A DNA stretch of 64,000 bases from an uncultured Candidatus Sumerlaeota bacterium (GTDB taxonomy: Bacteria; CAYMEV01): contig CAYMEV010000008.1 of assembly GCA_964389675.1 (NCBI GenBank), forward strand, positions 43,084-107,083. Direction: 5' to 3'. A program made the position numbers and the translations under genes. The first letter of the stretch is position 1; each line of letters begins with the position of its first letter. The notes below the pieces were generated by a model that was not told the DNA's origin, made no database searches, and saw nothing but the letters and a program-made list of their open reading frames with translations. Of the stretch, positions 37,664 through 45,471 are shown in pieces.

Positions 37664-40600
37664 TGAGAGGGCTTGTGGTGAAGAAGAGATACTTATTCAT
37701 ATTTTTATTCCTTGCAATGGGATTACTGAGCTTTTATTTGGTTTTTTCTTTCCTCATTCAGCCAGAAAGAGAAAACTCAAAAATATTATCCACAAGAGAA
37801 GATATTCATACTATCCTGGAAGATGGGGTATGGAAGATAGATCATCCTGATTTTGTTCCCCAGTTTGGTGGGAACCTGCAGAATACAGGCGTATATCCGG
37901 GGCATGGGATAAGAGAAATTCAAATGGTAGAAGATATAGTTTTTTCTCATGAAGATCTATACAAATATCATAAGGCAAATTTAATTTATAAGATACGGCA
38001 CAGGGGCCGGATAAGCTCATCTCCTGCTGTATTAGATCAAATAGTATATTTTGGCGCCAGTGATGGTCATTTCTATGCAGTAGATGCTGATACCGGCAAT
38101 GAAAAGTGGACTACCCGTATAGGTCAGCCTTCTGAAAAGATAGAGGACATTACAACTAATAGAAACCAAACACCCGGATCCCCCATACAGGCTATCTTCT
38201 CCTCCCCTGCCATCTCCGAAAATATGGTATTTTTCGGCACTGCTTACGGATATGCCTATGCACTTGATATAAAAAATGGAAACATAATCTGGAGAAATGA
38301 AATTCCCGGACTTCACCTGGCCAACCCCAAAATTTATAAGAATAATTTATACATTGGAAGTAAAGACAGGCACCTTTACAAATTAGATAGCAGAACAGGC
38401 GATATTATCTGGAACTATAGTACAAGAGGAGAAATTAATTCGACTCCTGCTATCTATGATGACAGCATTTTCATTAACTGCCAGGATGGTTATCTGTACT
38501 CAATCGGAATAGACAGTAGCCTGAACTGGGAAACCGATATTGGGCGTCCTACCAGGAATTCACCTGCTGTTTATGAAGGCATTCTATTTCTGGATGCAGA
38601 TTGTTTTTATGCAGTAAATGTATATAATGGAAAAGTGATCTGGAAAACAGAGCCACGTAAAAACATTTCACAATGTGCTGTAAGTAAAGGCAGGGTATAT
38701 TTTGCTGCTTCTGCTATTGCTGATAATAACATAAAGAAGAGCTGTAAATATTTATATTCCTATAATGCAAAAGATGGCTCAGAAGAATGGAAATCTATTC
38801 TGGGCTCTTCTCCATTTGATCCGCTCACTCATTCAGAACCAGCCCAGGAAGAGGGAAATCTGGATTTAGAATTACCAGGCGACCAGATAATTATATCTGG
38901 AGATATTATCCACCTGTTCATTATTGGCAATTATCGGAATAAGATATATGACATTCCTACTGGCAGGATATATGGGTTTTATGATAATTTGGAAAGCAAT
39001 CCTGATCCTGATCAAAACACAGATATAAAGTATCATTATGCATATTCTATTGCCGGGTTAAGCTCACCGGTGGTAATAGATGATGAAATGGCCTATTTTG
39101 GATCAGAAAAATTTCACAATAATGGCTGGTATACAGCTCTGTGCTCTATTGAAAGCACACAGCATGCATATCGCTGGCAGCCACGCCTGCTGGATCTCCA
39201 GCTATATGAGATCTATGATCAGTTTAAGAATTATACACTCCCGGTGATGTCAGATGATAATCTAATCATTCATGACCTTATAGCAAAAGATGGAAGTATT
39301 TCAGAGGGCTCAGGACATGCACACTCTGATGAGAAACAGAATGCTTCAGGAATTGCTATTGCATCCTATGATATCAATACCAGGAAAGAAATATATTCCG
39401 GAGTATATGAATTAGAAGATACTTCACCCATTAAAATCTTCAAAAGGTCGTCTGCAGTCAAATCAGGAAGATTTTTCCTTGAAACAGGGGAAATAGAAAA
39501 AATATATAAAAAAATCAATGACATAAAACCAGTATTAGAATTTCTGTTAAGGATAGAATTGCCTGTAAAGAAGATACAGATCAGTTACACTGAAAATAGA
39601 ATAAGAAATAATTCATACCACGCATTTGATATCAATACAGGGAAACTGCTATGGAAATGCGATATGGGGCCATTTATATGTAACTCACCGCCTTTGTTTT
39701 ATGAAGATAATATATATATTGGAAGCTGTTATATTTTCAGAGATAATTTGATTCAGTATAATCTAAAAGACTTTGATAATATATTTTTGGCAATTAATTC
39801 GAAAAATGGTAAAGAGGAATGGAAAATTAATGTTATTGGAAATATTATCTCAAGACCTCTTTTATATAATGATATTTTATATTTTGGCACAGATAGAGGG
39901 TATGTCTACGCAGTAGACCGTTTTGGGGGAAAACTGATATGGAAGTTTTGCATAAGCGGGGGTATAAGCTCTACTCCCGCAGTTTATAATGATATAATTT
40001 TCATAGGAAGCTGGAACTGGAATATCTATGCAATTGATGCAAAAACCGGCAGGGGTTTATGGAAATTTAGAACAAGGGGTGAAGTCAGAAGTGATATATA
40101 TGCATATAATAGCAGCCTGCAATTTCTAAGCATAATACCCCCCAGGGATTCAGGCTTTATAAGATACCAGGCAAATAAAGGCAATTTTACTATCCGGGAT
40201 TATGATGCAGACAGCCGTACATTACATATCATCAGGAAAGAACCTGAACTTATTGAAAGAGATAGAATACAATATAGTTGCCTGCAATCACTCAATATTG
40301 AATCTGGTATTGAAAAATGGGAAATCAGGGGGAATATATCTCAGGTTTTATTTGAATCTGATATTATCTATACACTGAATGATAATAATTTGCAGGCAGT
40401 CAGCATTATAGATGGATCTATCATATGGGAAAAAAAGGCAGATATATACCAGGATAAATGCTTATGGGTTAAGAAAAAGGATAAAGAAGGATACTTTGAT
40501 ATATGGCAGGAGGAAAAGGAAATAAAGGATTATGAAATATACAGGGAATTTTTTCTGAAAAAATATCTGGATAAGATATTCATTGTCATAATAAAACGAA

Positions 40601-40725
40601 TACCAATTGAGGGAACACAGCCTGATATAGAATATTCCTCGGAAGTCTATCTCAGAGAGATTGATGCTAAAACCGGAAAGACAGAACATGACTATAAAAT
40701 AAGCAATAATAAAATACATTTTTAA
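37663..40725 (+). CDS. Large membrane-anchored PQQ-repeat (BamB-like) beta-propeller protein
   Basis: N-terminal TM, 'FGGNLQNTG', and many repeats such as 'SSPAV..YFG..DG..YAVDA.TG.EKW' in two clusters. Confidence 0.85.
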   Translation: MRGLVVKKRYLFIFLFLAMGLLSFYLVFSFLIQPERENSKILSTREDIHTILEDGVWKIDHPDFVPQFGGNLQNTGVYPGHGIREIQMVEDIVFSHEDLYKYHKANLIYKIRHRGRISSSPAVLDQIVYFGASDGHFYAVDADTGNEKWTTRIGQPSEKIEDITTNRNQTPGSPIQAIFSSPAISENMVFFGTAYGYAYALDIKNGNIIWRNEIPGLHLANPKIYKNNLYIGSKDRHLYKLDSRTGDIIWNYSTRGEINSTPAIYDDSIFINCQDGYLYSIGIDSSLNWETDIGRPTRNSPAVYEGILFLDADCFYAVNVYNGKVIWKTEPRKNISQCAVSKGRVYFAASAIADNNIKKSCKYLYSYNAKDGSEEWKSILGSSPFDPLTHSEPAQEEGNLDLELPGDQIIISGDIIHLFIIGNYRNKIYDIPTGRIYGFYDNLESNPDPDQNTDIKYHYAYSIAGLSSPVVIDDEMAYFGSEKFHNNGWYTALCSIESTQHAYRWQPRLLDLQLYEIYDQFKNYTLPVMSDDNLIIHDLIAKDGSISEGSGHAHSDEKQNASGIAIASYDINTRKEIYSGVYELEDTSPIKIFKRSSAVKSGRFFLETGEIEKIYKKINDIKPVLEFLLRIELPVKKIQISYTENRIRNNSYHAFDINTGKLLWKCDMGPFICNSPPLFYEDNIYIGSCYIFRDNLIQYNLKDFDNIFLAINSKNGKEEWKINVIGNIISRPLLYNDILYFGTDRGYVYAVDRFGGKLIWKFCISGGISSTPAVYNDIIFIGSWNWNIYAIDAKTGRGLWKFRTRGEVRSDIYAYNSSLQFLSIIPPRDSGFIRYQANKGNFTIRDYDADSRTLHIIRKEPELIERDRIQYSCLQSLNIESGIEKWEIRGNISQVLFESDIIYTLNDNNLQAVSIIDGSIIWEKKADIYQDKCLWVKKKDKEGYFDIWQEEKEIKDYEIYREFFLKKYLDKIFIVIIKRIPIEGTQPDIEYSSEVYLREIDAKTGKTEHDYKISNNKIHF

Positions 40726-40931
40726 TCTGGTGTATCTAAGTATCAAAAATGTCCATAATAAATTTCTTTTATATAATTCCAAATCCACAAGTATATGCAA
40801 ATAAACATCCTGGTCTCTTTTCCCAACAATTATCCCTGAAAAATGATAATAATTGATCCTTTTGTCAAGCTTTATATGGATCATGATACTATTTGCTTTG
40901 AAAAGTATTTTAATTATCATATAATCAGATT

Positions 40932-41762
40932 ATGGATTTCAGTATAAACAGCATAATGTTCGCCCTGTCCCTTACCATGCTGGCAGGCCTTTCCACAGGA
41001 ATAGGCAGTTTTACTGCATTTTTCGCAAAGAGGACCAATTTCAAATTTCTGTCATTCAGCCTGGGGTTCTCTGCCGGGGTAATGATATATGTCAGCTTTG
41101 CCGAAATATTCCCTCATGCCCTGGAGGTATTGACCGATGCTCTCGGGGAAAAGCATGGCAATTATATTACAGTGCTTTTTTTCTTTATCGGGATCATCTT
41201 TATAGCTGTCATTGACAGGATCATCCCTTCATTCGAAAATCCCCATGAGCTTCCCGCTATCTCAGAGATCAGGGGTATAAAAGCAGAAAATGCAGAAATG
41301 CCCGCCACTGCAAAGCTTCACAGGATGGGAATATTTACAGCCCTTGCAATAGCCATACATAATTTCCCTGAGGGGCTTGCGACATTCCTTGTAGCAGCAA
41401 AGGACCCTGCATTAGGCATCACCATTGCAATAGCCATTGCAATACATAATATACCGGAGGGAATAGCAGTCTCTGTACCTATATATTATGCAACAGGCAG
41501 CAAAAAGAAGGCATTCCGGTACTCTTTCCTTTCAGGCATGGCTGAGCCTGTAGGGGCAGTAATAGGATTCCTGATCCTGCTTCCCTTCATCAATGATATT
41601 ATTTTCGGCATTCTCTTCTCTGCGGTTGCAGGCATAATGGTATTTATTTCAATTGATGAGCTTCTCCCTTCAGCCCAGCAGTACGGGGAGCACCACCTTT
41701 CCATATACGGCCTTGTACTGGGGATGATGGTAATGGCAGCAAGCCTCATTATGATGATATAG
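40932..41762 (+). CDS. zupT: ZIP family zinc transporter
   Basis: 'AIHNFPEG', 'IAIHNIPEG', 'SGMAEPVG', 'DELLP'. Confidence 0.92.
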   Translation: MDFSINSIMFALSLTMLAGLSTGIGSFTAFFAKRTNFKFLSFSLGFSAGVMIYVSFAEIFPHALEVLTDALGEKHGNYITVLFFFIGIIFIAVIDRIIPSFENPHELPAISEIRGIKAENAEMPATAKLHRMGIFTALAIAIHNFPEGLATFLVAAKDPALGITIAIAIAIHNIPEGIAVSVPIYYATGSKKKAFRYSFLSGMAEPVGAVIGFLILLPFINDIIFGILFSAVAGIMVFISIDELLPSAQQYGEHHLSIYGLVLGMMVMAASLIMMI

Positions 41763-41802
41763 GAAGGATTTATCCTTCAGCCCTGTTTTTATGCTGACAG
41801 TT

Positions 41803-42951
41803 CTATTTTTTATCTCCGGTAATATCCCTTATATGCTCCAGGATCCTTATAATATTCCCTTCTGCATCAAAAATCGGGTATGATCTTGCATCTATCCATA
41901 TGCCGTATTTATCAAGGTACTTGATTACCTTTGCGGGCTTTTTTGTAGCAATGACCTCCCTTGTGGCACATTCTTCACATGGCCTGTCCTGCCCGATAAG
42001 CTCCCAGCATCTTTTTCCGTCTATATCCGATGATGATGCATTCAGGAATTCATAGCCCGCCTTATTATAACGGATAACCCTCTGATCTATGTCCTGAATC
42101 CCAAGTATATCAGGAATGGCATTAAAGACTGCCTCCAGTGTATCTGCTGTTTCCTTGTGGGAGGCGATCAGGTCTTTGAGCTCAAGCTCAAGCTTTTTCC
42201 TCTCGGTTATATCAGCTGCAATATGTATGACATTCTCTATAATGCCTGACTCATTGCAGACCGGCATGCATGATACGAGGTAGTATCCCCCGAGGACTTC
42301 CATGTATATCTCAGTAGTCTCTATGCCCTTTGATTCAAAAATGTGCTTAAAAGGGCATCCGAAGGGTGGCTTACTGCTTTTGGGGCTGTGGAAGACCTCC
42401 CAGCATTTCATACCGCAGATATCCTTATTTCCGTCTTTTAAGAGAGACCTCATTCTTTCATTATAATCCAGTATATTATTCTCAGCATCCATAATTACTG
42501 CCAGATAGGGTATGCTGTTGAAAACTGCTTCCCAGTAGCCTGAAAGGTCACTGGCCTCCTTCTCTTTCTTTACAGTTTCAGTGGAATCGCTGAAAAAGCC
42601 TGCTATATGGATCTTTTCACCCGAGTTTATCAGGGATGTATTTATATCAGCATATATGATACTGCCGTCACTCTTCTTAACAGGTATATGCCTTGCAGAT
42701 CTCAGCTTGCCCTTCAGCAATGATTCTATCATCAGAAGAACGGTATTGGCATACTCGGACGGATGAATGTCTGTTACTTTAAGTTTAAGCAGGTCCTTCT
42801 CTTCATAGCCGAGCATGATGCATATTGATTCATTGGCAAACAGTATATCCTTATTCCTGGGGTCTGCTATCAGTATGCCCTCTGATGAATTTTTAAGGGC
42901 ATCAAGAGCCAGTCTGCCGTCAAATATGCTGTCTAACGGGATTTTTTCCAT
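41803..42951 (-). CDS. Multi-PAS domain protein with no output domain
   Basis: Three PAS/PAC-like units ('EGILIAD...FANESICIMLGY', 'FNSIPYLAVIMD', 'FNAIPDILGIQD...HIRDIT'), ending right after the last PAC. Start placed at Met39 of the track ORF (41803-43065); the upstream extension looks non-coding. Confidence 0.8.
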   Translation of the reverse strand: MEKIPLDSIFDGRLALDALKNSSEGILIADPRNKDILFANESICIMLGYEEKDLLKLKVTDIHPSEYANTVLLMIESLLKGKLRSARHIPVKKSDGSIIYADINTSLINSGEKIHIAGFFSDSTETVKKEKEASDLSGYWEAVFNSIPYLAVIMDAENNILDYNERMRSLLKDGNKDICGMKCWEVFHSPKSSKPPFGCPFKHIFESKGIETTEIYMEVLGGYYLVSCMPVCNESGIIENVIHIAADITERKKLELELKDLIASHKETADTLEAVFNAIPDILGIQDIDQRVIRYNKAGYEFLNASSSDIDGKRCWELIGQDRPCEECATREVIATKKPAKVIKYLDKYGIWIDARSYPIFDAEGNIIRILEHIRDITGDKK

Positions 42952-43246
42952 AGTGATTAAAAATTTTATGCCTAAATTATCTATTTTACAATAAAAATAT
43001 TTGATTAACTGATCAGTTTTTTCTTTCTTTCGTCTGCCAGTGTTCTGCATCAAAAAGACAGACATGGCTTATATTTCAGGCCTGGATGCACTGGCCAAAC
43101 TGCCCCGAAGCCCTGCCTGCTTTTTTGCAGGTTATCAGCAGGGCATTCGCCCGCCTGATAAGGCCAAAAATTTATGTTATGGATTTTTTCCCCATTTTGA
43201 TATATATACAGATCAATAGTAAAAAATTTAACTGGAGGATAGCATT

Positions 43247-44218
43247 ATGGACCTGAAATCTTTACAGATCGGCAGGGCAGCAGGCATTGTAATGAAAACG
43301 CTTCCAATATCGGCAGTAAGGCTTGGTGCTCTTCTTGTATTCTGGATCATAGCGATCATATACCTTGCAGTTGTCGGCGGGATAGCATGGCTTACAGGGC
43401 AGGCAGTGCCCTTTATCGGGGTGATAATATTCATAATCGGCATCGGCGGGGTAGGCTTCCTTTACAAGCTTGCGAGGGATTATGTCCTTTATATGATAAA
43501 GGCGGCTCATATAGCTGTAATTGCCGAGATCATACACAAAGGAAAGGATATACCTGTCACAGCCAGTCAGCTTGCATACGGAAAAGACCAGGTAAAGAAG
43601 CGCTTCGGCGAAGCAAGCGTGATGTTTGCCGTTGATAAGATCATAAATGGGGTTATCAGGGTCTTTACATCCGCTGTCTACAGAATAACATCCTTCCTTC
43701 CAGGAAATATCGGGCATAATATAGCGGGCATCATAAACAGGATCATAAAATTCTCACTGAGCTATATTGACGAGGCAATACTTGCAAGGACATTCTGGCT
43801 TGACAGCGGTTCAGTATGGGCAAATGCAAAAGACGGTGTCATACTCTACGGAATGGTATGGAAGCCTATACTGATGAATGCAATAGCCCTCATGCTTCTG
43901 TCATATATTCCTTTTGCTGTTGCAGTATTACTGCTTGTAGCTCCGGTAGGGGGAGCGATCTGGTATATGACATCCCCCACTATAGGCGGCTGGACTGTTA
44001 TAGCCCTCCTTGTCCTTGCCTACCTTATTAAGGTCGCTGTAGGCGATGCATTTGCCATGGCAGCTATAATCGCCTCTTATCATGATGAGATACAGGGCCT
44101 TGAACCTTCCCCCGAAGTTTCGGCAAAACTTGAAGGCATGAGCGGGAAATTCAGGGAGCTTAAAAAGAAAGCCTCTGAATCACTCGGGTTTGACAAAGGG
44201 GCGGAAAACCAGACTTAA
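43247..44218 (+). CDS. Hypothetical integral membrane protein
   Basis: 323 aa, GGAGG ribosome-binding site upstream, several hydrophobic segments, no recognised family motif. Confidence 0.75.
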   Translation: MDLKSLQIGRAAGIVMKTLPISAVRLGALLVFWIIAIIYLAVVGGIAWLTGQAVPFIGVIIFIIGIGGVGFLYKLARDYVLYMIKAAHIAVIAEIIHKGKDIPVTASQLAYGKDQVKKRFGEASVMFAVDKIINGVIRVFTSAVYRITSFLPGNIGHNIAGIINRIIKFSLSYIDEAILARTFWLDSGSVWANAKDGVILYGMVWKPILMNAIALMLLSYIPFAVAVLLLVAPVGGAIWYMTSPTIGGWTVIALLVLAYLIKVAVGDAFAMAAIIASYHDEIQGLEPSPEVSAKLEGMSGKFRELKKKASESLGFDKGAENQT

Positions 44219-44236
44219 AAGCTCGTAAATATTTGT

Positions 44237-45469
44237 TTATCTGCTTTTAATGAGGCTTTTATACCTCTCGGTCCTTGGTATCAGCCTTATTATAAAAGCA
44301 AGTATTACAGCCCCTATGCCGTTCAGCTTTAGTATAAAGCTTATTGGATAGGTATCTGTCAGTATGCCGTTTACTATGAATGCCAGAGGGATTACTGCAT
44401 AGCATACTGCAGAAAGGGCTGCAAAGAACCTTCCCTTTATCTCGTTCGGTACCTCACTCTGAAAGAGCGAAAGCGCATTTGCATTGACCACAATGAACGA
44501 TGAGCCTACAAGGGTGAAGAGAAAGAGCATGAGGTATTTATCTGCAGTTGAGCCTATGGAATAATTCATGAATCCCAGTATAAGGATACCCCAGAAAATT
44601 GAAGAATATACCCTTTTCGGATTTATTTTCATACTCAGGATAAAAGCGGTGATCAGAGAGCCCAGGCCCATAAAGAGCTCTTCATATGCCACCCACTTGA
44701 CAGTTTCCTTCAGAATAAACTGCACTATCATAGGAACATAAAGCACAAGCGGAGCCCCAAAGAAATTAAATACAGCAAAACAGATGATCAGGCTGTAGAT
44801 CGGTTTATTACCGGTAATAAAACCAAGCCCTGTTTTGATATCCTTAAAGAAGGATTTTTTTTCAAATACGACTGAAAGCTTTGTCTTTATAAACAGGATA
44901 AAAATGATCGCAATATAAAAGCTTGCTGAATTTGCAAGTATCGCCCCCTTTATTCCTATGGATGCAATAAGGACTCCCCCGAGGATCGCCCCGAGAACAT
45001 TTGAGAACTGTATTACCATTGCATCGGCGGCAACGGCCTTTGGAAGATGCTTTTCATCCGTTACCAGTATCAGGCTCGAGCTTACAGATGACTCGAAAAG
45101 GGGTACAAATGATGCATTCAGGAATGTAAGGGCATAGAGCAGGTTTATATTGAGGCTGTCATGATACATCAGGAAAAATACGGTAAAGATCACAGCACCC
45201 CTTATGATACTTGAAGCGATCATGCATTTTCTCCTGTCCAGCCTGTCGACGACAGTCCCCCAGAACGGGCCGGACAATACCACAGGCAGGACATTAAAGG
45301 ACATGAGCATACCGAGCTCGAACTTGCTGTGGGCGCTGGTTGATGATATGACATACCAGGCTATCGCAATTGTATAGAACTTATCACCGGCAGCTGATAT
45401 AAGCCTGCCTATGAACAGCTTGCGAAAATCTGGGAATAAATAGAAAGGATGCTCTCTGAAATTAGCCAT
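44237..45469 (-). CDS. MFS efflux transporter (DHA3/macrolide-efflux-like)
   Basis: 12 TM segments; 'GTVVDRLDRRKCMI' motif A; 'VPNEIKGRFF'. Confidence 0.9.
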   Translation of the reverse strand: MANFREHPFYLFPDFRKLFIGRLISAAGDKFYTIAIAWYVISSTSAHSKFELGMLMSFNVLPVVLSGPFWGTVVDRLDRRKCMIASSIIRGAVIFTVFFLMYHDSLNINLLYALTFLNASFVPLFESSVSSSLILVTDEKHLPKAVAADAMVIQFSNVLGAILGGVLIASIGIKGAILANSASFYIAIIFILFIKTKLSVVFEKKSFFKDIKTGLGFITGNKPIYSLIICFAVFNFFGAPLVLYVPMIVQFILKETVKWVAYEELFMGLGSLITAFILSMKINPKRVYSSIFWGILILGFMNYSIGSTADKYLMLFLFTLVGSSFIVVNANALSLFQSEVPNEIKGRFFAALSAVCYAVIPLAFIVNGILTDTYPISFILKLNGIGAVILAFIIRLIPRTERYKSLIKSR

Positions 45470-45471
45470 TG

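Noticed and set aside
37663-40725. bamB or a PQQ-dependent dehydrogenase
   Set aside because: At 1020 aa with a TM anchor and no lipobox Cys it is far larger than BamB, and I saw no quinoprotein dehydrogenase catalytic motifs. Only a repeat-family call is supported.
43092-43166. c-di-GMP-I (GEMM) riboswitch
   Set aside because: Superficial GG.AAAC and GAA words are present, but the GNRA tetraloop/receptor and GCAAAGC elements are not.
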